The position numbers and the translations under genes were made by a program. Shown piece by piece: positions 37,750-48,227 of a DNA stretch of 64,000 nt. The notes below the pieces were generated by a model. It saw only the letters and a list, made by a program, of their open reading frames with translations. It made no database searches and was not told the origin of the DNA. The DNA is from an uncultured Bacteroidales bacterium (lineage in GTDB: Bacteria; Bacteroidota; Bacteroidia; Bacteroidales; TTA-H9): contig CAYUII010000005.1 of the NCBI GenBank assembly GCA_964444785.1, positions 101,500 to 165,499 of the forward strand, read 5' to 3'. The stretch's first letter is position 1; every line of letters starts with the position of its first letter.

Positions 37750-38103
37750 TTAGTATCTGGGTCTGCGATCGCCGCTACCACCGCCACGGTTGAAACCGCC
37801 GCTGTGATGTTCTCCACCGCCACGGTTGAAACCGCCGGTTCTGCGAGGACCAGTGCTTTCTCTTCTTTCTTCAGATTTGTTAACAACGATGGTACGTCCG
37901 TTAACTTCAGCGCCGTTGAGTTCTTCGATAGCTTTTAGAGCGCTCTCATCATCGGGCATTTCTACGAAGCCAAAACCTTTACTACGACGGGTGAACTTGT
38001 CGGTGATAATACGGGCTGCTGAAACTTCACCGTAAGCTTCAAAGAACTCCCTGAGATCTGCCTCTACGATACTGTATGGAAGACTTCCAACGAAAATATT
38101 CAT
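37750..38103 (-). CDS. RRM-domain RNA-binding protein with a Gly/Arg-rich tail
   Basis: RNP2 IFVGSL, RNP1 KGFGFVEM; tail GGFNRGGG twice, encoded by an exact 24-bp repeat (37778-37801, 37814-37837). Confidence 0.93.
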   Translation of the reverse strand: MNIFVGSLPYSIVEADLREFFEAYGEVSAARIITDKFTRRSKGFGFVEMPDDESALKAIEELNGAEVNGRTIVVNKSEERRESTGPRRTGGFNRGGGEHHSGGFNRGGGSGDRRPRY

Positions 38104-38414
38104 AATGAATGTTTGTTAATGAATGATAATATAGCTACAAATGTAGTTTCTTAAGAGATACGTGGTACAACTTGTTGCCTTTAGAAGGATAAAAAGTTGT
38201 ATTTTTTTTATTCATCAGTGAATTACCTCCGTTCAGCTTGTCTTCTGGGGCCAATACTTCAAGCGATTCATCCGAAAAAGTGTGCAATGATACGCTTAAA
38301 TTATCATATGAACACTATCTGAAGCCATTTTTTTTGAAATATTTTCACTTTTTTGCTCAATCAGGGCATTTTTCTTCCTTTTTTCCTCGAAATTTTGCTT
38401 TTTTCGAAGTAAAC

Positions 38415-39671
38415 CTACTTCTTTAAGCCTGGCCGATCGTTCGAGAGAATGAGCCGCAAGGAGGAATCTGAGGTTAGGTAGCTCCAAGCCCAATTGATAA
38501 AGATGATGAGCTTGTTTTTTACACTCAGTATTAACATGAGATGCAGAAACATCCATATTAACCAAGCAATAGTCCCAGAGAATTTTATCCCGGGAAGGTC
38601 AACTACCGCTTTGTGCTTTCCAATAGTGGCCATTGATCCTAGATCTTTGTATTCATATTCTTTAAGGGGTTTTCCTTTCGAAATAGCCATAAGATTTCTA
38701 GCCAGATTCTTTGCCTGATTAATGGCTACATTGGCTACCTGAGGATGACCTTTAGGATAATTTGGCGTAGTCATTAATGCGATATCACCAATGGCGTAGA
38801 TGTCCGAATATCCTTCTACCTTGTTATAGCGATCCACTTTAATTCTATTGTTTCCTACAATGACCTCCGAGGAAAGCCCTGGTATCAGGTTTCCTGTTAC
38901 CCCAGCTGCCCATATTACACTTCTGGAATGGATCGTTTGACCATTACTAAGTTTTACAAGATGGCCATCAAAAGAGGTAACAAAGGTACCTGTGATTAAA
39001 TCTACTCCTAACTCTTTAAGATAGTGGGCTGCCTTTGTCCTTGCATGTTCACTCATATTCCCTAAAGGCCATTGCCCTCCTTCTATGAGAATAATCTTCA
39101 ATTTCGAGAAGTCATAATCAGGGTAGTCTTTGGGAAGAATATTCATCTTAGTTTCGGCAAAAGCACCCGCTAACTCTACTCCGGTAGGACCTGCTCCAAC
39201 AATAACGATGTTAAATAGAGAATCGGCATTGTGTTCCGTTTGATTGAATACATCTTCAAAGTTTAAAAGGATCTTATTTCTTACATTGATTGACTCAAAA
39301 GTGGTCTTAAGTGGCCATGCATTTAGTTCGATTTCTTTATTGCCAAAGAAATTGGTTTTACAACCTGTAGCAATAACAAGAATATCATACTCTATTTCTC
39401 CAATCCCGGTAGAAAGCCGTCTGTTTTGTGTGTCAATTTCAAAAACATCGGCCATCCTGATTTGAACGTTTTTCGTTTTCTGGAATATTTTCCGAAAGGG
39501 AAAAGAAATACTTGATGGTTCTATTCGTGAGGTGGCCACCTGATAGAAGAGGGGTTGAAATTGATGATGATTGAGACGATCAATTATCGTTATTTCAATC
39601 TCTGATTGTGATATGTTTTTGGCGAGCTGAAGTCCTGCAAAGCCTCCGCCAATGATTACGAGCTTTTTCAA
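38415..39671 (-). CDS. ndh: Type II NADH:quinone oxidoreductase (NAD(P)/FAD-dependent)
   Basis: IIGGGFAG, FQPLFYQVAT, second Rossmann VGAGPTGVELAG, IWAAGV, AIGD, MATIG. Confidence 0.9.
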   Translation of the reverse strand: MKKLVIIGGGFAGLQLAKNISQSEIEITIIDRLNHHQFQPLFYQVATSRIEPSSISFPFRKIFQKTKNVQIRMADVFEIDTQNRRLSTGIGEIEYDILVIATGCKTNFFGNKEIELNAWPLKTTFESINVRNKILLNFEDVFNQTEHNADSLFNIVIVGAGPTGVELAGAFAETKMNILPKDYPDYDFSKLKIILIEGGQWPLGNMSEHARTKAAHYLKELGVDLITGTFVTSFDGHLVKLSNGQTIHSRSVIWAAGVTGNLIPGLSSEVIVGNNRIKVDRYNKVEGYSDIYAIGDIALMTTPNYPKGHPQVANVAINQAKNLARNLMAISKGKPLKEYEYKDLGSMATIGKHKAVVDLPGIKFSGTIAWLIWMFLHLMLILSVKNKLIIFINWAWSYLTSDSSLRLILSNDRPGLKK

Positions 39672-39852
39672 TTTCTTCGATTTTCTTATTCAAAGGAACA
39701 AAATGATTAGGTTTTTGTCAGTCCTGTTATCAAAAAAGTTACACTTGGCGTTTGGTTTGTATTATATTTGAAAGACTTATTAAGAAGCACCTTATTGTTT
39801 TTCTTTGTTTTATAAGTATTAGTTTGAGAATAATCATTTAAACTTTAGCCAT

Positions 39853-41019
39853 ATGAAATTACTAAGTAGGTTAACTAGTGTTTTGATTTTATTAACTACG
39901 GCCACGTATGTAGGATGTTCTGGGGGAGATCAACAGCAAAAGATGCCCGCCATCAAGGTTCCTGTAGTTAGTGTAATGCAAAGGGATGTGCCTCTGTTGG
40001 TCTCTTTTGCCGGGCAGATTTATAGTGATGCAGATGTTGGGGTTGCATCTAGGGTTGAGGGCCAGGTAGTTGGGATTCATTTTATGGAGGGAAGTAGAGT
40101 CAAAAAGGGGGATCTTCTTTACACAATAGATCCTATTGTTTACCAAAATAAAGTTGATCAAGCAGATGGTAATCTCGCGGAGGCGCAAACCTATCTGGTC
40201 AAAGCTAAAGCTGACCTCGCTCGCATTGAGCCTCTGGCTAAAATCAATGCCGTAAGTCAAAAGGATCTTAAATCAGCACAAGCTCAGGTTGAGGCCTATG
40301 AATCTAAAGTAAAAGCTATGCTCGCCGTTAGAAATAATGCCCGTACTGAATTGGGATATACCAAAATTACAGCGCCTATCGATGGGGTGATAGGGATCTC
40401 TCAAGTACAGGTTGGGTCTTATGTCGGAATGATGTCAAGTAAGATCTTAAATACAATCTCCCAGACTGATCAGGTGAAGTTTCGTTTTGCTGTATCAGAG
40501 AAAGATTATTTGAAGTTTGTTTCAATGTCTCAAGATGCTAAGGAGAAGACTCGAAAGCCTTTAACAGAGATGACCTTAACTTTGTCGGATGGCAGTACCT
40601 ATCCTTATAACGGTAGATTTCATTTCGCTGATAGGCAAATAGATCCTACAACAGGGGCTCTGTTAATGGAGGCTATCTTCCCAAATCCTGATCGTTTCCT
40701 AAAAAGTGGTATGTATGGAAAGATCAACTTTGAGATTGGGGTCCAATCAGGAGCCTTATTAGTGCCGTTAGCTAGCGTTAAAGAGATGCAAGGTAATTAC
40801 TTGATACAAATAGTTGGGGATAGCAATAAGGTGGTTCAAAAGCCTGTAAAGCCAGCATCTGTCTTCGCCAATGCTTATATTATAGAAGAAGGCATCGATT
40901 TAAAGGATAAAGTGATAATGGGCGGCTCTATGATCATTCGAAATGGTATGGTCATCAATCCAGAACAGGTTGAATGGAGTGTGGGGGATGTTGATTCCGG
41001 TAACAAGACGGGTAAATAA
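39853..41019 (+). CDS. RND efflux periplasmic adaptor (membrane fusion lipoprotein)
   Basis: Lipobox YVG-C; SRVEGQV, EGSRVKKGDLLYTID, ITAPIDGVIG, IDPTTG. Confidence 0.93.
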   Translation: MKLLSRLTSVLILLTTATYVGCSGGDQQQKMPAIKVPVVSVMQRDVPLLVSFAGQIYSDADVGVASRVEGQVVGIHFMEGSRVKKGDLLYTIDPIVYQNKVDQADGNLAEAQTYLVKAKADLARIEPLAKINAVSQKDLKSAQAQVEAYESKVKAMLAVRNNARTELGYTKITAPIDGVIGISQVQVGSYVGMMSSKILNTISQTDQVKFRFAVSEKDYLKFVSMSQDAKEKTRKPLTEMTLTLSDGSTYPYNGRFHFADRQIDPTTGALLMEAIFPNPDRFLKSGMYGKINFEIGVQSGALLVPLASVKEMQGNYLIQIVGDSNKVVQKPVKPASVFANAYIIEEGIDLKDKVIMGGSMIIRNGMVINPEQVEWSVGDVDSGNKTGK

Positions 41020-41037
41020 TTAAAAACAGAAACAATC

Positions 41038-44000
41038 ATGGGTGATTTTTTTATTCGTAGGCCCATAGTGGCTATGGTTATCTCAATTTTGATTGTTCTA
41101 CTTGGATTATTTGCTTTGAATAGTGTGCCGGTAGAACAATATCCAAATATTACTCCTCCTTCGATAAATATTACTGCTAATTTTTCAGGAGCGAGTGCCG
41201 TTAGTGTCGAACAGGCTGTGGCTACTCCCATTGAACAAAAGATGAATGGTATTGAGAATATGCTTTATATGCGTAGTACAAATACCTCAGATGGGAAAAT
41301 GAGCTTATCAGTAACTTTTGACGTTGGTACTGATTTGGATAATGCAAATATGTTGACTCAAAATAGGGTTAAGCAAGCAGAACCTTTTATGCCAGCTGTA
41401 ATAAAGCAGACTGGAATACAGATAAAGAAGTCTAATGCTTTCCCTTTGTTAATTGTATCCTTAAATTCATCTAATCCTCTTTATGGTTCTGATTTTCTTA
41501 GCAATTATGCCAATATTAACATGGTCGATGTGCTAAGTCGTGTTCCGGGTGTAGGTGAGATATCCTTATATGGAGGGGCTGAATATGCGATGCGGATTTG
41601 GCTTAAACCTGATATGATGGCAAAGCTTGGGGTTACGGTTGATGATATCAGAAGTGCGTTAAATGACCAGAATGCAATTGCCCCAGGTGGTAAGTTTGGT
41701 GCCGAGCCTGCCCCATCAGGCACTGCATTTACCTACTCGGTAATGCTTCAAGATCGCCTGGTTACAGAGGAAGAGTTTGGGAATATTATCCTGAAAAGCA
41801 ATAATGAAGGAGCTAACATACGACTGAAAGATGTTGCTCGTGTAAAAATGGGGGCTGATAATTACTTTTCTTTTAGTCGCAGAAATGGAAATCCGTCTGC
41901 TTTGATTGGAGTATTTCAAATACCAGGAAGTAATGCATTGCAAGTTGCCGAAGCGGTCAAGTCTAAGTTGAAGGAACTTGAACAGGATTTTCCTGAAGGG
42001 CTTTCTCAAACGGTTAGTTTAGATACTACCTTGGCTATTACAGCTGGTATTGATGAGATTGTTCACACGCTGTTTGAGGCTGTTTTGCTTGTTATAATTG
42101 TCGTATTTATCTTCTTGCAAAACTGGAGGGCTACTCTGATCCCTTTGCTTACCGTGCCGGTATCTTTAATAGGAGCCATCGCTGTTTTCCCTCTTTTGGG
42201 ATTCTCAGTTAATGTTCTTTCTCTTCTAGGCCTTGTTTTGGCAATTGGAATTGTGGTTGATGATGCGATTGTTGTTGTGGAGGCTGTTATGCATCATATA
42301 GAACATGGAAAAACTCCGAGACAGGCTACTATTCAAGCTATGAAGGAGGTGTCAGGGCCGGTAATTGCCATTGCACTTATTCTTATAGCGGTTTTTGTTC
42401 CTGTAGCATTTACACCTGGTATTACAGGTCAGTTTTATAAGCAATTTGCTATAACCATTGCTGTTTCGGTGGCTTTTTCAGCGCTGAATGCTCTGACTCT
42501 CAGTCCGGCTCTTAGTGCAATGCTTCTGAAACCTTCAAAGCCTGTAAGTGAACAGCGTGGTCCATTGGCTTGGTTCTTTGTTCGATTCAATAGACTATTT
42601 GATAGAGTCACTGGGGGATATACTGGATTAGCGGGGTATTTTGCGCGTAAAACCATCAGATTGGTTGTCGCTGTGATTGTGATTTCTGGTGGAGCAGTTT
42701 TATTGGGCTTAAAGGTTCCTTCCGGTTTTGTACCTGAAGAAGATCAGGGTTTCTTTATGCTTAGTGTGATGTTACCTGATGCATCATCTCTCCAGCGTAC
42801 AGATATTGTTTGTCAAAAAGTTGAAGCGGTCTTGTCGAAAGAAAAAGATCTTGACTCGTACAGTGGTATAATTGGGTTTAGCATGTTGTCGAATGCCATC
42901 CAACCCAATGCAGCTTTCTTCTTTGTTTCAACAAAAGAGTGGAAGCATCGGGAACAGACGGTGGCTCAACTGGTGCAAAAACTTAATGGGATGTTTGCTT
43001 TTGCTATTCCCGATGCAACGGTTTACGCTTTTGGACCACCTCCTGTTTCCGGACTTGGGACTGGAGCAGGATTCACTATGATGCTCCAAGATAAAGGGGG
43101 TAATACGCCGCAATACCTGCAAATGAATGCTTATAAATTTATCGCTGCAGCAAGCCAACGACCAGAGATTGGACGGGTTTCTACTTTGTATAACGCAGCA
43201 TCACCTCAAATTAAACTCGATATTGACCGAGAGAAAGCGATGAAGTTAGGTATTAGTACTTCACAAATCTCGGCTACCATTGGAGCATTTCTAGGTGGGC
43301 AATATGTTAATGACTTTAATAAATATGGTCGCCAGTATAAAGTCTTTATTCAAAGCGATGGGGTTTTTCGTGTTTCTCCTGAGGATTTAAGCAATATTTA
43401 TGTTAGAAGTAACCAAGGTGAAATGTTTCCATTAACTACCGTAGTTTCATCGGCCAAGATAAGTGGCCCGGAGTTTACGAATCGTTTTAATTTATATCGC
43501 TCAGCTGAAATAAGTGGGGTTCCTGCAAAAGGGTATACCTCTGAAGATGCTCTCAATGCATTAGAAGAAGTCGCTGCCCAGGTGCTGCCACAAGATATGG
43601 GGTATGAATGGGCTAATATGTCTTATCAGGAAAGAAAAGCGGGTGGATCTGCTGGAAGTGTTTTTTTGATGGCTTTGATATTCGTTTTTCTTATTCTTGC
43701 TGCTCAGTATGAAAGTTGGAAACTGCCATTTAGCGTCTTGTTGGGAACTCCATTTGCGTTATTGGGTGCTTTCCTTGGGCTATTTCTTGCCAGATTAAGT
43801 AGTGAAGGGTACCTAAATAATATCTTTGCCCAAATTGGATTGGTTTTATTAATTGGATTAGCTGCGAAAAATGCTATTCTTATTGTGGAGTTTGCAAAAA
43901 TGAAACATGAGGAAGGAATGAGTCTATTAGATTCTGCATTGTATTCTGCGAAATTGAGATTTAGGCCTATCCTGATGACGGCATTTGCCTTCATTCTAGG

Positions 44001-44178
44001 CGTTGTTCCTTTGCTTACGGCTTCTGGCGCTGGAGCGGAATCAAGAAAAGTAATGGGAATGACCGTCTTTAGTGGGATGTTAGTCGCAACCATACTGGGT
44101 GTGGTATTAATACCTGCTCTTTATGTTTTTATTGAGCGAATGGGAAAGAAGAAAGAAAAAAGTAAAATAGATGAATAA
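41038..44178 (+). CDS. RND efflux permease (HAE1/AcrB-like)
   Basis: FFIRRPIVA, PVEQYPNITPP, GIVVDDAIVVVE, GLAAKNAILIVEFA, RFRPILMT. Confidence 0.96.
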   Translation: MGDFFIRRPIVAMVISILIVLLGLFALNSVPVEQYPNITPPSINITANFSGASAVSVEQAVATPIEQKMNGIENMLYMRSTNTSDGKMSLSVTFDVGTDLDNANMLTQNRVKQAEPFMPAVIKQTGIQIKKSNAFPLLIVSLNSSNPLYGSDFLSNYANINMVDVLSRVPGVGEISLYGGAEYAMRIWLKPDMMAKLGVTVDDIRSALNDQNAIAPGGKFGAEPAPSGTAFTYSVMLQDRLVTEEEFGNIILKSNNEGANIRLKDVARVKMGADNYFSFSRRNGNPSALIGVFQIPGSNALQVAEAVKSKLKELEQDFPEGLSQTVSLDTTLAITAGIDEIVHTLFEAVLLVIIVVFIFLQNWRATLIPLLTVPVSLIGAIAVFPLLGFSVNVLSLLGLVLAIGIVVDDAIVVVEAVMHHIEHGKTPRQATIQAMKEVSGPVIAIALILIAVFVPVAFTPGITGQFYKQFAITIAVSVAFSALNALTLSPALSAMLLKPSKPVSEQRGPLAWFFVRFNRLFDRVTGGYTGLAGYFARKTIRLVVAVIVISGGAVLLGLKVPSGFVPEEDQGFFMLSVMLPDASSLQRTDIVCQKVEAVLSKEKDLDSYSGIIGFSMLSNAIQPNAAFFFVSTKEWKHREQTVAQLVQKLNGMFAFAIPDATVYAFGPPPVSGLGTGAGFTMMLQDKGGNTPQYLQMNAYKFIAAASQRPEIGRVSTLYNAASPQIKLDIDREKAMKLGISTSQISATIGAFLGGQYVNDFNKYGRQYKVFIQSDGVFRVSPEDLSNIYVRSNQGEMFPLTTVVSSAKISGPEFTNRFNLYRSAEISGVPAKGYTSEDALNALEEVAAQVLPQDMGYEWANMSYQERKAGGSAGSVFLMALIFVFLILAAQYESWKLPFSVLLGTPFALLGAFLGLFLARLSSEGYLNNIFAQIGLVLLIGLAAKNAILIVEFAKMKHEEGMSLLDSALYSAKLRFRPILMTAFAFILGVVPLLTASGAGAESRKVMGMTVFSGMLVATILGVVLIPALYVFIERMGKKKEKSKIDE

Positions 44179-45556
44179 GAATAGCTTGATACTTGACTCT
44201 AGGGTGACTGGGTTACTCTGGTTTCTGATACCTTTATTCTTGAGTTCATGTCTGGTAGGATCTAAATACCAGGTTCCTGAACTCTCAAGCCCAGAGAGGT
44301 ACTCTATGGTTATTACCAATAGTAATGTCTCCGATTCTATAGCCAATATCAGTTGGTTTGAACTTTTTGGCGATAGTGTCTTGAATAGTTATATTCGTAC
44401 TGCTGTTGGGAATAATTGTGATTTGAAGATTGCACGTTTGCGATTAGAGCAGGCTGGGATCAATTACTCGTTATCGAAATCAAATCAATTACCTTCGATA
44501 GGTTACAAAGCTTCAGCTTCTTTAAACGACCCGGCTTCGGATGTTTTTCAGACTGTAGGGACGTTAAGCTGGGAAATCGATTTTTGGGGTCGATTGAGGT
44601 ATGCAAAAGAATCAGCTTTTAATCAAATGTTGGCTGGAGAAGAGGGGCAAAATATTATTCTAACCACTGTAGCCTCTAATGTTGCGGTATTGTACTTTCA
44701 ACTCCGGGATCTGGATAATCGTCGTGAGATTGTTAATAATACTATTAGAATTCGCAACGAATATTTTGAAATGATTAAATCAAGATTCCTTGGTGGTGAG
44801 ACGGCTGAATTGGATATGCTTCAAGCGGCACAACAACTTGAACTATCAAAAGCCACACTTGCTTCAATAGAGCGAGAGCTGGGAGCAACCGAGCGAAGCC
44901 TAAATATTCTTATGGGTGGAATTCCTACAAATCTATCTCGTGGGGCAACGAATAGTGAACAAAAGATAATGGTTAGTATACCTGTTGGGTTACCTTCTGA
45001 TCTGATTGAAAACAGGCCTGATGTCAGACAAGCAGGCTTTAGCCTTAAAGCACAGTATGCTCAAATTGGGATTGCTCAAGCACAACGACTTCCAACCATT
45101 AATCTTACTGGAGCACTAGGATTCTCAAGTGTTGAGCTTTCATCTCTGTTTAAATCGGGTAGCGATTACTCTTCTTTTTCAGGCGCTCTTCTAGGTCCCA
45201 TTTTTGAGTTTGGCAAAAATAGGAAACGTGTAGAATATCAAAAGAAGGAGGCAGAGATTGCAGCTGAAACCTACCTGAAAACATGGTTAAATGCGTTAGC
45301 CGATGTTGAGAATGCGTTATCTTCCATTGAAACGTATGAGCGGGAGTCAAAAGCCAGAAGTGCACAAGCAACGTATTCTGAAAAGTCACTTGAATTGTCT
45401 AGAGCACGATATACTGCTGGATATACTGATTACACAGAAGTTCTTATAGCAGAACAGAATCTTCTTGAGTCTGAATTGCAAGCCAGCAGTGTAAGAGCTA
45501 AACAACTAAGTGCCGTGGTTGGGCTGTATAAAGCACTTGGCGGAGGTTGGAGGTAG
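44171..45556 (+). CDS. RND outer membrane factor lipoprotein (OprM/NodT-like)
   Basis: Lipobox LSS-C; WFELFGD, SWEIDFWG, LPSDLIENRPDV, LYKALGGGW. Confidence 0.93.
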   Translation: MNKNSLILDSRVTGLLWFLIPLFLSSCLVGSKYQVPELSSPERYSMVITNSNVSDSIANISWFELFGDSVLNSYIRTAVGNNCDLKIARLRLEQAGINYSLSKSNQLPSIGYKASASLNDPASDVFQTVGTLSWEIDFWGRLRYAKESAFNQMLAGEEGQNIILTTVASNVAVLYFQLRDLDNRREIVNNTIRIRNEYFEMIKSRFLGGETAELDMLQAAQQLELSKATLASIERELGATERSLNILMGGIPTNLSRGATNSEQKIMVSIPVGLPSDLIENRPDVRQAGFSLKAQYAQIGIAQAQRLPTINLTGALGFSSVELSSLFKSGSDYSSFSGALLGPIFEFGKNRKRVEYQKKEAEIAAETYLKTWLNALADVENALSSIETYERESKARSAQATYSEKSLELSRARYTAGYTDYTEVLIAEQNLLESELQASSVRAKQLSAVVGLYKALGGGWR

Positions 45557-45584
45557 ATTTTCTCTTTCTGATTATACATAAGAT

Positions 45585-46712
45585 ATGAGATATAAAGCAT
45601 TATCTATAATATTAATCGTTGGGATGTTTGGAATTGGGCTTGTTCAAGCCCAGAATCAATTCCTCAATATGTCGTTGCTTTCACCTTTAGGGCTGGTGAA
45701 TGATACTACTTCAAGGGTAAAGTTAAACCTTTCGCTTTTGCAAGGGAAAGTTGGTTATCTTAAGGGTGCTTCTTTTGCCATGGGTATACAGACTTTCACC
45801 ACAGAGATGAATGGGGTTGGTTTTACTGGCCTGTTAAATTACAACAAGGGCGATTTTAAAGGGGCTCAGTTCTCTTTAGGCCCCAATATTACGGGTGGTT
45901 CGAGTAAAGGACTACTTTGGAGTGTTGTGGGTAATTTGTCTTTTGGTTCGACAAAGGGTGTAACTGTTTCAAGTGTGCTTAATTGCCAAATAGGCGATAT
46001 GAAAGGCCTTCAATCTTCTGCCGGATTTAATATCGTTGGAGGTGATTTTAAAGGGGTTGAGATAGGAACAATGAATGTCGTTTCGGGTGATGTACGCGGT
46101 CTTCAGTTATCAGGTGCTGTGAATGTCGTATTAGATACATTAAATGGTCTTCAACTATCGGCTATGAATTTTGCAGATAATCTAAATGGAACTCAAATAG
46201 GTTTTCTGAATTATGGAATAAAGTCAAAGGGCGTTCAGTTGGGCTTTTTAAATGTTTTAGATAGTGAAGAAGGATTGCAGATTGGGTTTATTAATGTAAA
46301 AAAGCGAACCAGAATACAATGGATGGTTGCTGGAGGTAATCTGATGACAGGTATATCAGGCGCGAGGTTTTTGACGGATAACCGTTATTCTGTTTTTTTT
46401 GTTGGGTCGCCTATAAAAGGACTGAATGATGATTTTTCGGGTGGCATAGGCTATCGCTATGGATATAGATTAAACCTGAAGGTAGTAGATCTATCAGCTG
46501 ATCTAGGGTGGTCTCACATTACCTCCTATAATAAATCTAAAGAGGACTATGATAATACGTATTCTTTTCAGATTAGGACTAATATTGAGAAGAGGTTAAC
46601 GCAAAGGATCTCCCTTTTTGTAACTGGTGGCTATTATTGGTTAGCTGATAGTTATAAGGGCAAACGATTTTCCTCTGATGCGTTATTTGAGGTAGGAGTT
46701 TATCTATTTTAA
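45585..46712 (+). CDS. Exported protein with ~15-aa GxQxGxxN repeats (LA_2272-like) and a C-terminal beta-barrel
   Basis: Repeats such as GLQLSGAVN, GTQIGFLN, GVQLGFLN, GLQIGFIN; ends EVGVYLF. Confidence 0.65.
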   Translation: MRYKALSIILIVGMFGIGLVQAQNQFLNMSLLSPLGLVNDTTSRVKLNLSLLQGKVGYLKGASFAMGIQTFTTEMNGVGFTGLLNYNKGDFKGAQFSLGPNITGGSSKGLLWSVVGNLSFGSTKGVTVSSVLNCQIGDMKGLQSSAGFNIVGGDFKGVEIGTMNVVSGDVRGLQLSGAVNVVLDTLNGLQLSAMNFADNLNGTQIGFLNYGIKSKGVQLGFLNVLDSEEGLQIGFINVKKRTRIQWMVAGGNLMTGISGARFLTDNRYSVFFVGSPIKGLNDDFSGGIGYRYGYRLNLKVVDLSADLGWSHITSYNKSKEDYDNTYSFQIRTNIEKRLTQRISLFVTGGYYWLADSYKGKRFSSDALFEVGVYLF

Positions 46713-46721
46713 AAGGCAGGT

Positions 46722-48173
46722 ATGAAAAAGAAAATACTCATATTACAGTTTTTATTTATTGTTTTGATCTCTTTTGGGCAACGCCCGGATAGTCTGAGAT
46801 GGCTTAAAGAGCCCCCTCATAGGCCTGTGAGGGCAGCCGTTGAGTCTTTTGGGTTAAATATTGGCGTCTGGGGTTTTAATCATTATATAATGGGAGCCGA
46901 TTTTGCTGAGATAGGTTGGTCAACAATAAAGCATAATTTCAAGACTGGCTTTGTTTGGGATAATGATAAATTCTCGACAAATCTTTTTTCCCATCCATAT
47001 CATGGTGGACTCTATTTTAATACTGCAAGAAGTAATGGAATTGGTTTTGGTTGGTCATCGGCATATGCTTTTGGTGGAAGTTTAATGTGGGAGTTATTTA
47101 TGGAGAATGAGCCTCCTAGCATGAACGATCTTTTGGCTACCACTGTGGGCGGTATCGCATTAGGTGAGATGACTTATCGATTCTCAATGATGCTTGTGGA
47201 TAATAGTCGTCGAGGGTGGCCAAGGGTTTGGCGTGAACTTGCTGTTACCGCTGTTAGCCCTATGAATGGATTGAATAGAATGATAAGGGGTGATATGTTT
47301 AGAGTGAAGTCTATAAAAGATGCTTACGAGTCTAATGAACGGGAGTATTTGAAAGGATGGATCTCTATTGGTAGTGCCTATTATGCGGCTCATAACCGAT
47401 TGTTTAGAGGTGCTTCAAATCTCTATGCAAGAATTGGGCTACAATTAGGTGATCCCGTTGAAAATGAGTACCGTTATCCTTATGACTATTTCCAGTTTCG
47501 AGGCGATATAAATATTGGTGGACAGTCAGGCATAGGTAATGTTGGTTTAATTGGGCTCATTTGGGGAAAACGATTTGAACCTAAAAGTGGCCATAAACTG
47601 GTTTTAGGTGTTTTTCAACACTTTGATTATATCACTACCGATACCATAAAGGATGAACCCGAAAGTGTTCCAGTGCGTATGGCAGGAGCCGCCGTTGTAG
47701 GGCTGGGTATGATTTATCGTTTTCCTAAATCACCAGATGGATTATTTGTTGAGTCTTCTATTCATGCCAATGCAGTTCTATTGGGTACATCTTATTCAGA
47801 TTATTACAGCGTCATAGAACGCGATTACTCCTTGGGTAGCGGTTATCAACTCAAATTATCAACAGATATTAGTCTGAAAAGAGGTGTTATTATAAAGCTT
47901 AATTACAATCTGATAAAAATCTATACTAATGTGAGTAAGAAAGCTGAAGATTTTAATAATGAAAATGTCGACCTACATTATTTAGATGTTCAAGGTATAC
48001 CAGGTAGCTCTGTTGTACAATTGATTGAGACAGGGATAAGGTATCCAATAACAGAAACCTTTAGTTTTGATCTTGATGCCCAGTTTTTTATTCGTGAATC
48101 AAAGTATGAGGGATTTGAAGATGTTAACTTTAAAACCTATAGGACTGTCGTCGGTATTACCGCAAAATTGTAG
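46722..48173 (+). CDS. DUF3943-domain outer membrane protein
   Basis: FVWDNDKFSTNLFSHPYHGGLYFNTARSNG, GSLMWELFMENEPPSMNDL. Confidence 0.8.
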   Translation: MKKKILILQFLFIVLISFGQRPDSLRWLKEPPHRPVRAAVESFGLNIGVWGFNHYIMGADFAEIGWSTIKHNFKTGFVWDNDKFSTNLFSHPYHGGLYFNTARSNGIGFGWSSAYAFGGSLMWELFMENEPPSMNDLLATTVGGIALGEMTYRFSMMLVDNSRRGWPRVWRELAVTAVSPMNGLNRMIRGDMFRVKSIKDAYESNEREYLKGWISIGSAYYAAHNRLFRGASNLYARIGLQLGDPVENEYRYPYDYFQFRGDINIGGQSGIGNVGLIGLIWGKRFEPKSGHKLVLGVFQHFDYITTDTIKDEPESVPVRMAGAAVVGLGMIYRFPKSPDGLFVESSIHANAVLLGTSYSDYYSVIERDYSLGSGYQLKLSTDISLKRGVIIKLNYNLIKIYTNVSKKAEDFNNENVDLHYLDVQGIPGSSVVQLIETGIRYPITETFSFDLDAQFFIRESKYEGFEDVNFKTYRTVVGITAKL

Positions 48174-48227
48174 GTAGATATAACTTGACAAATTGGTCAA
48201 CTTATAGCTTCTTGCTAATTTTGCTTT

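Noticed and set aside
39717-39743. Another TGTAAC ECF motif upstream of ndh
   Set aside because: No CGTC at 16-17 nt spacing (reads CTGAC/TGAC), and ndh has a closer sigmaA-like box
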